The position numbers were made by a program, and so were the translations under genes. Below the pieces are notes generated by a model that had not been told where the DNA came from, ran no database searches, and saw only the letters and a program-made list of their open reading frames with translations. A DNA stretch of 63,397 nt, the filler included, from Reclinomonas americana ATCC 50394 (taxonomy: Eukaryota): the NCBI GenBank assembly GCA_048213135.1. It is 18 parts of 18 records of this genome, joined end to end, with 100 filler letters (N's around TTAATTAATTAA, not from the genome) between each part and the next. Parts side by side here need not be neighbours in the genome. Positions count along the whole stretch, not along the records: positions 35,634 to 43,997 come from AFZH01021948.1; positions 44,098 to 47,319 come from AFZH01021949.1; positions 47,420 to 51,359 come from AFZH01021950.1; positions 51,460 to 57,227 come from AFZH01021951.1; 14 more parts are not named here. One strand, 5' to 3'. This document shows, piece after piece, positions 41,101-54,276 of the stretch. Each line of letters begins with the position of its first letter. Within the stretch, counting starts at the first letter, position 1.

Positions 41101-43918
41101 AGAGCAGGGAGAACGAGAGGAGAATAGAAGAGAGATATGCGAAGGAGTGCGGTAGAACAGTGGAGAACAGTGGAGAACAGACGAGAACAGTGGAGAACAG
41201 TGGAGAACAGTGGAGAACAGAGGAGAACAGAGGAGAACAGAGGAGAACAGAGGAGAACAGAGGAGAACAGAGGAGAACAGAGGAGAACAGAGGTAAACAG
41301 TGGAGAACAGAGGAGAACAGAGGAGAACAGTGGAGAACAGAAGAGAACAGAGGAGAACAGAAGAGAACAGAGGAGAACAGAGCGGAGGAGTTAAGAGGAG
41401 AACAGTGGAGAACGGTGGAAAACGGTGGAGAACAGAGGAGAACAGAGGAGAACAGTGGAGAACGGTGGAGAACGGTGGAGAACAGAGGAGAACAGAGCAG
41501 AGCAGACCACAGGAGAACAAGCCAAAGAATGCAGTGCAGAGGAAAACAAAGGAGACAAACAGCAGGGAGAACAGAGGTGAGCAGCAAAGGAAAGGAGTGG
41601 TGAGCAGAGAGGAGGGAGAAGAAGAGGAAGAGGAACAGAGCAGAGGAGGACAACACAGAGAACACAGAGAAAAGTCAACAGCAGAAAACGATGGACGACG
41701 GAGAAGAGGTGAGAGGATTGATCTGTAGCTTCTGTTTCGGGAGTCAGGGATTCCTCTCTCCTCTCTCCATCCTCTCCACTATCTCTCTCCGCCCTCTCTC
41801 AGTCGTCTGTCCGACTTCTCTCAATCGTCTCTCCGACTTCTCTCAATCGTCTCTCCACCCTCTCCACCATCTCCAACATCTCCACCCTCTCCACCCTCTC
41901 CACCCTCTCCACCCTCTTCACCCTCTCCACCCTCTCCACTCTCTCCACCCTCTCCACCATCTCCACCCTCTCCTCCTGCTCCACACTCTTTCCCATCTCT
42001 TTCCCTCCTCCTCCTCACCTGCTGCCTGGCCTCCTTCAACGACCGCGTCTGTTCCGAATACCGCGCATCGAGACTCTCAAACTCGCTACGCAGCTTCTCG
42101 AGTCGCACCTCCAAATCTGCACAATGTCACCTAAGTCAACTACAAAACAACACTACACCCTCCACCATCTCCGCATCGCACCGTTCTTCATCTTGAGTAC
42201 GTGCGCATAGTCGCTCGCAGTCGGCGCCCCCTTGACGCTGGAGAGTGAGTTTGAGCGATCGCGGCCCGTGGCAGCACTGCCAAAGGACGACGTGCTGCCG
42301 CGTCTCGTGTTGGCGGCGGATTTGGGCGATGCCGTACGGTTGCTGACGTCACTCTGCGCGAATAGCATCAGCTTCTCTCTCCCGCGCTCGCTTTTCATCC
42401 GCACACGACTCACCTCGCGCACCGGCAACCGATGATTCGGCGCCAGTTGCAAAATGCGCTTCTCGCACAGCTTGCCGTACTCGGTGGCCTGCTGCAGCTG
42501 CTGCGCAAGATCCTGCAACGACCTGGCCTGCTCCTGCACCTTGCGCATGAGGCGCTCCGTGAACTGCTTTTGTACCTCTGCCTGTTGCTGATGCGCCGTG
42601 GAGACCACGGCAAACTGCCGAGGACGGAAAGAGAGAGAGAGGTTTGGGAACAATGCAAGTTGTCCGACAAGGTGCGCATAGACAAACCTGATCCTCGTCG
42701 TCTGCCACACCGTTGACACCACCATCGTCGTCATCGTCGTCGGCTTCGTCTCGATGTCTTGCTGGCGGAGCGCCGGCACCGTCGGCGCCCCAAGCAGTGC
42801 GCCGGGCAGCGGCGGCGGCAGCAGCGGGCGGCGGTGGGAGAGTTGGTGAGGCCTCGCCGTCGAAGGGGCGGATGGGGTACTGCGGGCAGGTGGAGGAAGG
42901 GGAAAGGGGGGGAGGATATCAAAGAGCAAGTGAGAGAAAGTCAACGGAATGAGCGACACAGCGACACGGAGCGATACAGCGATACAGAGCGACACAGCGA
43001 TACAGAGCGACAGCGACAAGCGACAAGAGCGACAGCGACAAGAGCGACAGCGACAAGAGCGACAGCGACAAGAGCGACAGCGACAAGAGCGACAGCGACA
43101 AGAGCGACAGCGACAAAAGCGACAGCGACAAGAGCGACAGCGACAAGAGCGACAGCGACAAAAGCGACAGCGACAAGAGCGACAGCGACAAGAGCGACAG
43201 CGACAAGAGCGACAGCGACAAGAGCGACAGCGACAAGAGCGACAGCGACAAGAGCGACACGGCAATACAGAGCGACACGGCGATACAGAGCGACACGGCG
43301 ATACAGAGCGACACAGCGACAAGAGCGACACGAAGAGCCAGCGACAAGAGCACGTCGTCATTCCTTGTCCCTCTCTTCCCTCCTCTCCCTCCCAGCTCAT
43401 CCTCTCCATTCGCAACGCAACTCGACTGCCCACCGACGGCTCATCGTCCGCCGCCAACCCGGGCCGCGACGGAACCAGCCGCGATCCACTGTCCGTAATC
43501 GGCGGCCTCTCCGACGACAGGCGTGAAGGTGGCCGACCAGCCGTCGCCGGGATAGACGACGACGACGATGACGGCGGTGGAGGCGGTGGCGGCACTCCGG
43601 CTCGCCCGCCGCCATTCAGAAGCGCCTGACGGCGCTTGAGTTCCTCCACATTGTCGGGGCGCGCGGCGCGTGCCCGCACAGGATCATCGTCGAAATCCTC
43701 GTCGTCGCGCGCCTGCCGCACACCCACGTCCTCCATCTCGAAACTGTCGCGATGCAGCGGCACATCGCCCGACAGACCCGGGTGCGTCACGCGATGGTCG
43801 TCTTCAGGGTCCTCAAAGTCGTCGCCGCCGCCGCCACCGCCACCGTGAATGTCGTCGTCGTCGTCCATGGTGTACGAGGCCTCCGAGGGTTCCATCTCAA
43901 AGGCGTCCGATTGGCCGA
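32123..43918 (-). CDS. Large multi-exon coiled-coil protein (centrosomal/myosin-tail-like); 5' end beyond the gap at ~44000
   Basis: An acidic, Pro-rich N-terminal exon is followed by EYGKLCEKRILQLAPNHRLPV and many heptad-rich E/Q/L/R exons flanked by GT/AG sites. The probable last exon is QQRQQQEDRFNQIRQMFDKLRHSISSADGDS*. Some junctions around 32.3-33.5 kb are unresolved. Confidence 0.72.
37286..38612. repeat. 16-19 bp intronic minisatellite (GAGGAAACGACGCAAG)n, ~1.3 kb
   Basis: Direct tandem copies with variable GAG insertions. This repeat produces the spurious 300-620 aa ORFs here. Confidence 0.95.
41153..41495. repeat. 10 bp intronic tandem repeat (WGGAGAACAG)n
   Basis: Directly visible tandem copies. 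Confidence 0.93.
42950..43350. repeat. 15 bp intronic tandem repeat (CGACAAGAGCGACAG)n
   Basis: Near-perfect tandem copies inside minus-strand intron 43421-42880. Confidence 0.93.
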
Positions 43919-44104
43919 CTGCGGGGAGGGAAAAGGAGATGAGGGGAAGTGAGGGGAGGGGTGGAGAGAGAAGAGCGATAGGGGAGGGGAGGGATGANNN
44001 NNNNNNNNNNNNNNNNNNNNNNNNNNNNNNNNNNNNNNNNNTTAATTAATTAANNNNNNNNNNNNNNNNNNNNNNNNNNNNNNNNNNNNNNNNNNNNGAG
44101 AGAG

Positions 44105-44136
<32 letters not shown>

Positions 44137-45359
44137 AGAGAGAAGAGAGAAAGAGAGAAAGAGAGGACACAGAGTGAGGGCGAGAGACAGAACAGAGAGT
44201 GAGGGAAGAGCCTCAGCTTGTTTGCAGATTGTGTGTGTCACGAGAATGAGAAGAGACAGTGTATGTGAGAGAGTGTGCACTGCGATGTGAGCGCGTGCGT
44301 GTGTCTCTTGTGTGTGTGTCTCTGTGTGTGAGACGCAACGTCGCCCATCGTTCGCGCGCAAAAATCAATCGCAGCGATCGCTTTCTGTCGACTGGGATTC
44401 TGAAGGAAAATTGGTTTTTTCGTGTTACCGGGCCCGTCAGGCAGCATGGCGCCCTGCCAAGTAGGATATTACAGTCATTCGTACAGCGCGGCACTCGATA
44501 ATTATGCATTTGCGAAAGTTGACCGGAATTGCAAGCAGGGAACCTGCCTCGCGCTGAAGAATTTTGTTGCTTTTGATCTCAGTTTTTCTTGCTGGCTTGA
44601 TTGGTTCGAAAATCTTGCCAATTTGTGCTCCGCCACATTCTTTCCCGCAACTGCAAACTTTCCACAATTCTCAACACGTACAGGCAACGGTGTGAGAAGC
44701 ACCTAGCCGTTGTCGGCTGCAGAGAACGATCGCCGCAAAACCAGACTTTACACCTGCCGCCTTCTTTCGAATTCGAACCACAGCTGCAGCTCGACATCCA
44801 GCGAGAGAGTTCGAACTGGGTGGCTTCAGGTACGGAGTAGTAGGAGGTCCAGTGGGAGCTGCAAGCGCAGTTGCCCGCAGGTCCTCAAAACTGCCCGTCG
44901 CCGGTATTTTCACTTTTCCGCCTTATCTTTGACCGAAAGTACCATGTTTTTCTTTGTGATCCATCTCGAAGGTCGTATGCGCCACACGCTCCTTCCTCCC
45001 GATTCAACCATTGAGCTACGACGTCTCGCAAAACACTCGTCGATATTGCGGCCGGTTTTTCTTCCTTTTCCAGCGCTGCTTGAGTGCCTGCCACCGCACC
45101 ATCTGCCATATATAGGCGGCTATCATCGCGCAGTTACCCATATGCGTGGCAGCTGTCTGCGATGCCACACAAGGCTGCAAAACCGACCAATATCGAACTT
45201 CTCGACGTCGACGCTGCAGTTTCTCCTCTCCTTCCACCCCTTCCTTCCCCATTATCACTCACATCCATCTATCTCACCTCCCCCGCACTCACCTGCGCCA
45301 CCCATCACACCTCTTCCAAACTTCACATCGTCCCATTACTTCCCCATCCTCACTCCACC

Positions 45360-46093
45360 ATGCTGCGCCGCCTGCTCCCCCTCTCCCCACCGCCCCACCT
45401 CCGCCTCTTCTCCTGCTGCGCCCTCCCACCCGCCCCCGTGCGAGGCGGCCGCCGCGGTCCTCTGGAAAAGTTCGACGTGGTCGGCGGTGTCGCCGCCGAT
45501 CGCATCACCCTCGACGGCGTCGTCCTCGACGCCGACGTTCTCGCCTCCGCCATCGAGTCCTCCTCCCCCGACGACAACGTCGCACCACTGCGCGATCGCC
45601 TCCCACGTCCTCGTTGCGCTCTTTCGATCACCGCTCTCTTGTCTTCTCCTTCGTCTCTCTGACTCCTTGCGCAGTGCCCTCCGCCCCCACCTCCACCTCG
45701 CTCTTCGTCATCAACCAACAGACACTGGTGCGCGGTCCGTTGCTGGCCACTCGTCGCGAGATCTACCCACTGCTGCAGTGCGCCTCGGTCGGTGCCTTGG
45801 ACGACAGTGCGCACTCGTTGCTGCGCGTGTTTGAGTGCTTGTACCCGGTGCCAGAGATCCTCCTGTTGGGCACGGGCGCCACGCTGCAGAGAGTACCAGT
45901 GGAGGGTGCGGCGTTGTTGAGGCGATTGGGCATTTCGTTGCAGACCATGGCCACGGTTTGTGATGTACGATGAGGAAGAGTTGTGCATGTGTGTCTCACT
46001 TACAGCGTGGTGCAGATCGATGCCATGGCCACGTTCAACATTCTCAACGCCGAGGACCGCGAGGTCGTCGCTGTGCTCTTCCCGCCCTCATGA
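45360..46093 (+). CDS. NDUFAF3: NDUFAF3-like (DUF498/Mth938) mitochondrial complex I assembly factor; 2 introns
   Basis: Arg/Leu-rich presequence MLRRLLPLS. Family-like PVPEILLLGTGATL...LRRLGISLQTMATIDAMATFNILNAEDREVVAVLFP*. Introns at 45613-45674 and 45956-46015. Confidence 0.85.
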
Positions 46094-46162
46094 GTGAAGA
46101 AACGAAGAAAGGACGAGCGATTGTGTTTTTATGCATCGACACAGCTTCTGCTTCCACTGGTG

Positions 46163-47553
46163 TCAGTTGTCGTCCTCGTCGTCGTCGCGTCGGTCGGCCC
46201 AGCGGCGATTCTTGTGGTGACTGCCGCTGGTGGCGGAAGCAGAGGGAGCGGCGGCGGCGGCCGAGGGCTTCTTGAGCTCCTCGTCCGTGTCCGGCGCCCA
46301 CTCGCTCTCCGTCACCTCGGTCGCCGAGTCCCACTCGCTCTCCGACAGCATCGAGCGCAAGTGCGACATGGGTAGGCGCTCCTCGCGGGCGCCGGGTGCC
46401 GGTCCCGTGGCTAGGTCGTCGGGGACGGGCAGGAGGTCAATGTCGGCGGCCTAAGGGGAAGGCACAAAGGGAAAAATGAGGGAGGCAAAAGAGGAGGTGA
46501 AGGGCGACTGCGTCTTTCTCACGCGCTTCATCTCTCAACTCAACTGCACAGAAGGCCTTTCAATGCTCTCTCTCTCTCTCTCCTCTCAGTGTGCTCACCA
46601 TGAGACACAGAAGTCATTCTTTGCCTCATCACTCAGCTCAGTTGCATTCCCAAGCTCTCTCTCTCTCTCTCGCGTTGAGCTCCTCGTTGTCAAAGAGAAG
46701 GAGACACATGTGCATGGATGCCTTCCCAAGCTCTCTCTTTCTCTCGCGCTGTGACATCTGTCGCCAACGCTGCAAGTTAAATGGAGAGGGCGTGATAACA
46801 CTCGTTCCCCGCTCGGTCACTGAGCTGACGTGCTATGATTCCCAAGCTCTCTCTCTCTCTCCCATTGAGCTCCTCGTTGTGGTTGACTATTCAAAGAAGA
46901 GGGAGACATATGTGCATGGATGCCTTCCCAAGCTCTCTCTTTCTCTCGCGCTGTGACCTCAGTCGCCAACGCAGTATGCTATTCATCGAGAGGTGCATCG
47001 CAGCAGCAACGTGAGACACAGAAGTCGTCCTTCGCGCGTTCCCAAGCTCTCTCTCTCTCTCTCTCACGGCTCAAGACGACGAACGAGTGTCGTGCATCGT
47101 CACTGCGCTGCAATGCCCCTTCTCTCTTCTGTCTATCATCCGACTCAATCTCCTTCTCTCTCTCTCTCCCTCTCCTTGTGCTCCTCGTCATGGGAGCCCA
47201 CCCAGGGAGACCCACTGAGAGGAATCGAAGTGACGCGACAATGCTCGTCTCGCTCACACATTACACAGCAAAACAAGAAACTCTACACACACGCTCTCTC
47301 TCTCTCTCTCTCTCTCTCTNNNNNNNNNNNNNNNNNNNNNNNNNNNNNNNNNNNNNNNNNNNNTTAATTAATTAANNNNNNNNNNNNNNNNNNNNNNNNN
47401 NNNNNNNNNNNNNNNNNNNAGAGAGAGAGAGAGAGAATGAAGGAGAGAAGACAAGGCAAGTGAAGGGTTGAGAGAAACGAAACTCGTTGTGCAAGACGAA
47501 AGAAGTCACGGGCACAGTGGCAGAAAGAGAAGAGAAGATGGAGATATCGGCTT

Positions 47554-47589
<36 letters not shown>

Positions 47590-48206
47590 CGCGCGAGGGA
47601 AGTGTGCGTGCGTTTGTGATGGAAGAGAAGGCAAGTGACGAACGAGAGAGAGAGAGAGAGCGAGAAGAAAGGCAAAGAAAGAGTAGAAAAGAAAAAGCGA
47701 ACGAAAGAGTAGGCATGAAGGCACGAGAGAGGATGCAGACAAGAGGAACCCTTGTGCACATACATACGTGTGTGCGGAGAAGGGCGACTGCATGAATTCC
47801 TCCCCCTTTTCTGTCAAAATACATGCACAAAAACTCACCACGCGACTTGTCACTCGCCGCGGCACCCGCCCCCGCACGCCCCGTAAACGCCAAGTGCAAC
47901 CGATGCGACCGGTGCACATCTGCAAAAAAAAAAAGGGCACCGAATTAGCTCCCACGGGAGAATGTATTTTCGCGCCATTCATCTCTTGTGCTCACCGGCA
48001 TCAAAGCCCGAATCGCTGTCGCTGGCCGTCGAGTACGGCGCATTCATGATCAGATCGGCCTCGTCGCCGGAGCGGTCCGACACGCGCGAGCGACGCGCAG
48101 AGGTTCGGAACCCACCCGATGCCGATGCAGCGGAGGCATTGGCCGTGGCGCGCGAACGGAGAGCGGCGAGGCGCGAGGAAGTCGAGGTCGGCGGAGGGGA
48201 AGCCAT
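46163..48206 (-). CDS. Hypothetical protein (at least 3 exons; middle interrupted by a gap)
   Basis: GC-rich coding-like exons at 48206-47996, ~47919-47840 and 46451-46163 (AADIDLLPVPDD...SESEWDSATEVTESEWAPDTDEE...), with G|GTGAG donors and YAG acceptors. Confidence 0.55.
46632..46975. repeat. ~200 bp direct duplication in an intron
   Basis: TTCCCAAGCTCTCTC...GAGCTCCTCGTTGT...GTGCATGGATGCCTTCCCAAGCTCTCTCTTTCTCTCGCGCTGTGAC occurs twice. Confidence 0.8.
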
Positions 48207-49069
48207 GAATCAGCGCGTTGCGATTTGCACAGTGTGTGTCCACTGCTCCGTTCCGATCGACTGATCTCTCTCTCACTCCAAAGCCTTTTCCAGGTGAGCA
48301 GCGATTGCGCTCAACGTCGCGTTGATAGCAGAGATGTAGTAGCGTGGCGTGTGTTTACATGCCGCTGTGTGCATGAAAGGCGTGGGGAATCCGCTGTGGA
48401 GAGTGTGGTCGAGTGACATGTGATGTGCATGTGCTCTTTGTGCGCGCGCCCCCTTGATCTCTTGTGTCCATGTCTCTTGTGTGTGATGTGCTTGTGTGTA
48501 TAGTGAGGGTGGCACCCAGACGCTGTGCGTGTGAGAGAATGAGCGAGAGCTCGTGTGTATTTTGGAGGAGAGAGCGCACATGCCTTGACTCACACGCCGC
48601 CCGTCTGTTGTGCGGCGTCTTGTTCTCTGCGTGTCTTGCTGTTGCTCAGTGTGCTGTGATGGCAGGTGTGCTGTGTTGTGATCTGCCTTCTCCTCCGTCG
48701 TGCGTGTGTGAGTCAGCGAGAGTCAGCATGTCGCTCGTCCCCACTCACTCGCCCGTCATGATGCTCTCTGTGTGCCGCGCGCGCGCTGCCTCTCTGTGCA
48801 TAGTGTGGACTGTGTGTGAGAGAGAGTGAGCACACAGAGGAGAGAGAGTGGTTCACTTGGTCGATTATTTCACGAAATCATCTCTCTCCTCTCCCCTCCC
48901 CTCTCTGAGCCTTGCGCATCAGTGACTGTCGAGCACTGCCTGTCTGCGCTCCTGTTTCTGCGTCGTAACTCTTGACTCTGGGTGGAGAGTGCGTGCGTGC
49001 GTGTGTTCTGCGACATGGCGGTCTCACATGCCTTCTCCTTCAGAGCCCGGCTAATTCACTTCCTCAACA

Positions 49070-51300
49070 ATGGTGCACATCACCAAGGCCCAAAAGCGAG
49101 CCGTCTATGAGTACCTCTTCCAGGGTGAGTCCTGCTCATGGGGATCTCGCTGTTTTCCTTTGGCGCGCAGCTGAATTGTGTGGATGCAGAGGGCGTCATG
49201 GTGGCCAAGAAGGACAAGTCACTGACGACTCAGCACGCCGACGTGCCGGTCCCGAACCTCTTTGTGATGCTCGTGATGCGCTCGCTCGTGTCCAAGGGTC
49301 ACGTCAAGGAGACCTTTGCGTGGCGCCACTACTACTGGTGAGTCTCGAGAGGGGAAGGAGAGAGGGAAAAGAGGGAGAGGGCAACAGGATTGGTTTGTGT
49401 TTGTGTCTTGTGGTTGGTCACTGCGACTGATCTGATCAGTCCTGTGTGGCGTGGTCTCTTGCTTGATTCAAGTGCTCTTCCTGGCGTGTTTGTTGTTCTG
49501 CTCTCCCCCTGTGAACTGTGCTTGAAGTTGGAGTGCTCTTCGTCCTTGTGTGTGCTTGGTGTTCTCTGTCGCGCCGAGGGGACTGCCGTTGCCTGTCGCT
49601 CCTGTCCTGTTGACATGAAGTGCTCCTCCCCCTTTGAGCGTCGTTTGAGATGTCTGTCGCCGCCTGACGTTCCGTTTGATTCGAGAGATCTTTTCTGTTG
49701 TGCCGCCACCTCACTCCCGTTTGATTTGAGTGCACCTCTTCCTCGGCATGTTGTGCAGTCCGCCGCCTTCAGTGTCGTTGTTTGATGTCTCTTCTCCTGT
49801 GTTGAATGCTCATGCCATTGTTTTTGTCCACGAGCACATTTGTGTCGTGTTTTGCGATTAGTGTGATGCATTGCAAACTGCATTTGTTCATTGTCTCAGT
49901 CTGTTGTCGATTTGTGTGCTGCTCGCCAATCTCTCTCACTCTCTCATTCTCTCTCTGTCTCTCTTTCTTTCTGTGCTTGCACTCCAACGCTGTTCTTCTG
50001 TGAGTAGCATGTTGCTTTGCAGCGTTGAACATGCTGTCCTCTTTGTGATTCTCGGCAGTTCTTTTTCTCTGCTTTTGTTCACTCTTGCCCTCCTTTGTGA
50101 AGCATAATCACACTTTCCTCATCGCCGAGTCTTTACATAGTCTCATGAGCGCTCTGGTGTTTCGTGCTCGATGCCTTGTGTGATTCTCGCAGTTTGATAT
50201 GCCTCTCTCCGCCTTGTGGCTTTTCCTGTCGCTCCCTTGTCTCCTGCTCTCTGTCGCTACCTTTTCTCCTGTTCTCTGTCGCTGCCTTGTCTCCAGCTCT
50301 CTGTCGCTGGCTTGTCCCCAGCTCTCTGTCGCTACCTTGTCTCCTGCTCTATGACATTGCATTGTCTCCTGTTCTCTGTCGCCACTGTCTCCTGCGTACT
50401 CTCACTCCCTCTTTCCCGCTCTCTGTCGCTGCCTTGTCCCCAGCTCTCTGTCGCTACCTTGTCTCCTGCTCTATGCCATTGCATTCTCTCCTGTTCTCTG
50501 TCGCCACCGTCTCCTGCATACTCACTGCCTCTTTCTCGCTGTCTTCTCGCCTGCGTTGTGCTGGCGACTTCTCGCTTGCCCTCTGAAATGTCCTGCATAG
50601 TCTCGCATTCTTCTTTGCGCCCGTCTCTCCAAGTCACGCAGTGTGTCTTCCACAACTACTCCACGCACTTCATGCTTCGTGCTTCTTCCCTTTTTTGCGA
50701 CTGTCATTCATTCCGTCTTCTCATCTCTGACTGCCTCCTTTCGCCTGCCACGCTCCTTTCCTCCCCTTTCCCTTCCCCACTTTCCCTTTCCCCTTTTCCC
50801 TTCCCCCCTTTCCCTTGTCCCTTTCCCTCCCCCCTTCTCTCCTTCCCTTCTCCCTTTCTCTCTTTCTCCCCCCTTCCCCTCCCTTCTCCCTTCCCCTCCC
50901 TGCCCCCTTTCCCTTCATCCCCCTTTCCCTTTATCCCCCTTTCCCTTTATCCCCCTTCCCATTCATCCCCCTTTTCTCACCCCTCCCTTCCCCACTCCAC
51001 AGGTTCCTCACGAACCAGGGCATCGAGGCCCTCCGTGAGTACCTGGGCGTGCCCGCTGAGGTCATCCCCAACACCCTGAAGGCCCCGGTCCGCCAGCCGC
51101 GCCAGTACGACGGCGGCCGCCGCGAGGGTGGCCGTGGCGGTGGTTTCCCACGCGGTGTGTTCTTCTTGATTCGAGTTCCATTACTCCTTTCCGATTCCAC
51201 TCATTCCTTGTTTTGTTGAGCAGACCGCGAGGAGCGCCGTGGTGGCTACCGTGGCGACCGCGAGGGTGGTGCCAAGCCGGGCGAGTTCAACCCGGAGTTC
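49070..51300 (+). CDS. RPS10: 40S ribosomal protein eS10 (last exon probably in a gap); probable 5'UTR intron 48294-49043
   Basis: Exons 49070-49124, 49190-49337, 51003-51154 and 51224-51300 give [27 protein letters not shown]...[56 protein letters not shown]...[11 protein letters not shown]. Confidence 0.96.
50225..50520. repeat. ~23 bp degenerate tandem repeat in the RPS10 long intron
   Basis: Units resembling CTCTGTCGCT(G/A)CCTTGTCTCCTG. Confidence 0.8.
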
Positions 51301-51498
51301 GTTGCGTGCCATTTTATCCGCATTACTCTTTGTCTTTCCAATCTAACCATCCTTTCCCCNNNNNNNNNNNNNNNNNNNNNNNNNNNNNNNNNNNNNNNNN
51401 NNNTTAATTAATTAANNNNNNNNNNNNNNNNNNNNNNNNNNNNNNNNNNNNNNNNNNNNAGGGTCGCGCCAGCCTGTTGTTTGCTCAGACCGGAGAGC

Positions 51499-54245
51499 AT
51501 GTCGAGTGGCGGCAGCAACCGTCGGCGGCCAACGCCCTCTCCACCCGCTCTGTCCGACACCACCATCACCACCACAACTCCTCCTGCTCTCCTCCCACCC
51601 TCACTATCCCCGCCTCGCTCCTCGCCCTCCCCGCCACTCCTCACCGCCGGTGGCACTGGCGCTGACTCACCTCACGCATCACCACCCGCATCACCACCCA
51701 AAGTTGCACTCGAGACACAAAAGTGCGACATGGCTTGTGTTCTCACACACCCCACTCTCTCTCTCTCTCCCTCCCTATTTACACACAGTCGCCTTCTGCG
51801 GGTGATGGCTCTGGCGGGGTGTCTCCAGTGGCGGGTCTGTTCATTGGTGGAGGAGGGTCGAGCTCACCGCCGATTGCGGGAGCGGGATCACCGCGGGCGG
51901 CGAGGCGTGCGCGTAAGAATGCGTCGCCGACCTCGTCCTCGGCGTCTTCTGGTGAGAAGCGGGGGAGACGGGGAGAGGAGAAGAGTGACTGCTGCTGTGA
52001 TTGTTCGTTGGTGTGCAAGCGAGCCGGCACCACATTGTTCCTTGTTTGTTGTCTTTTTTACCTTCTGTTCTCTGCGACCACACGTGTGCTGCTCTTGTGC
52101 TGTGTGTGTGTGGGAGAGGCGGTGGCAGGCGGACTTGAGTGCGTTGTGATATTCGCTGACTTGTCGGGCATCTCCGTGTGTTCGGAGCATTGCTTTGCTG
52201 GCCTTGACTCTTTGCCTGTTCATCTCGTCTGACTAATTCTCTTCCCCTTTCTCCCTCTCACAGCCACCGGCGACTCCCGTCGCACCTACTCCCAATCACC
52301 GTCCTCTGCCGCGGCGGCCACGGTGCGCCACTCACCACACCACCACCCACCTCATCTACCGCCGTCGTCGCCCGCGCATCACCACACGCTCCACCACCAC
52401 CATCACGGACTGAGCGAGTTCATCGTTCAGCAGCAGCAGCATCACCTCCACCAGCACCATCATCCGTACCATGTGGCGCCACCGGGTGTGCCGCCGCCCG
52501 CGCCGCGGCCCTCGAGCACCACCCCGTCGTCGGTCAATCGCAGCGGCGCGCGTGCAGCGCAATCCTCCGGCAGCTCTCCGTCGCCCACACCCACCCCGAC
52601 GTCCTTCAATCTGCGCTCCTTCCTCATGGAGTCGGTCACCAATCCGGAGAACAAGCTGTCGCAGATTTTGAAAGATGCCGCCAAGGACACACTCGCCGCG
52701 TCGGTGCCCCAGCCGACGACAACGACCACCACCACCACCACCAAGAGACCACCACCGCACGGCTCGCACCACCCGCATCAACACGCGGCACATCACCTGC
52801 TGCACGCATCGCATCCCCAGCATCACCAGCAGCAGCAGCACTTGACTGTGGGCGGTGAGTCGTGGACGACGGACTCGCGGCCCGGCATCACCGACTCGCC
52901 AGTGGAGTTGCGCGCCATTGCCTACAGTCCGACTCTGGACGCGAATCAGGTGTATGGTGCGTGGCCAGAGGAGTCGCCTCTCGCCGGCAACACGCCGGTG
53001 GCGTCGCCGCTGAATGCTGGCGTCATGCGCGATGGTGATGAGGATGAGCGGTTGAGCGTGCACACGGCGTCGTCGCCGCCGCAGAACAAGGAACATGGGT
53101 TGGATGAGATGGAGCAGGTGAGTCTGTGGGACAATTGAAGGGTGGGGGCCGCAAGGGGAAAGGAGTGACTTGCCAGTCGGTTGTTGTATATCAGCGTTTG
53201 GCTCTTGTTCTCTCCCTTTTTTCTTCTTGCATACATTCGTTGTCTCGTGTTTTTCGGCAATTCTGTTGGCGTTTGTTCTTCGCCTCTTAACTCTGGAGTC
53301 TTTCACGCTGATTTTGCGTACACGACATGTCAGGACGCCTAATCTTTTCTCTTCGATTCCTGTTTCTTGTGTGCCATTCGATCATGAGTTGTCACAACTC
53401 ATGGGCGGTTGACGTGTTACTACTCCTCACGAAAGATCAAGGCCGCCTGATCTTATTTCTTTGCCTCCTCTGTCTTGCATGCATGTCGGATGTAAGCATT
53501 CTCCATTCATGTCATGGATGGTTGGTGCTGTACTTTTCACTGACGGTTGAATCATTCCTTTGTCGCTTGAGTGCGTAAGATCTCGACTCTTTACTGCTGA
53601 GTCTTCTTCTTCACTGTTTCCTACGTGTCAGTCGGTTGTTGGCCATTCCAATGTCTTGACACCTGCATATCATATTGTTTCTTTTTTGCCGGATGCTTGT
53701 TTGCATTCTTGCGGCTCACGATGGTCCCTGGCCTTCACACCGTTGACTTCTTGGCCATTGCCTTCTACTTCAGTGGTCTCCTTGACTTCTTGTCTTTGTT
53801 TCCTCTCTGTCCTCTCTCTTCTGCCTTTCCTTCGCCTCGCCTCATCACCTCCCATCCGTACAGGTTCACAAAGAATCAGCGGCGAGCCACAAGCCACATC
53901 GACAGCACTCCAAGTATCACTCTATCGATGGACTGATGTCGGATCTCAAGGTAACAATCAATATCACCTCCACTCCCTCTCCAGTCTCCCTCACTTTCCC
54001 GCTCGCAGCTCGACTCCGCCCCCGTTGCCACGAAAACCCAGCAGCGACAGAGCGCTGGTCTCGCGCGACGCGACATGGGAACTGCAGGCGCCACTTCGTC
54101 GACCACTGGCAGCGGCATCTTGCCGTCAGGGTCACGCCCTCCACCGCGCCACGGAGCCGGCAAGGCCAGCAGTGCCACGCAGCAGGTGCTTCCCGCCTCG
54201 TCGGCCGCCACGGCCACCGCACGAGCGAAACAGCAACTGTTGCAG

Positions 54246-54276
<31 letters not shown>

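Noticed and set aside
49338..51002. Possible snoRNA in the long RPS10 intron (TGTGATT...AATCACA stem near 50044-50112)
   Set aside because: No convincing C/D box pair or H/ACA two-hairpin layout by eye. It would need snoscan or Infernal.
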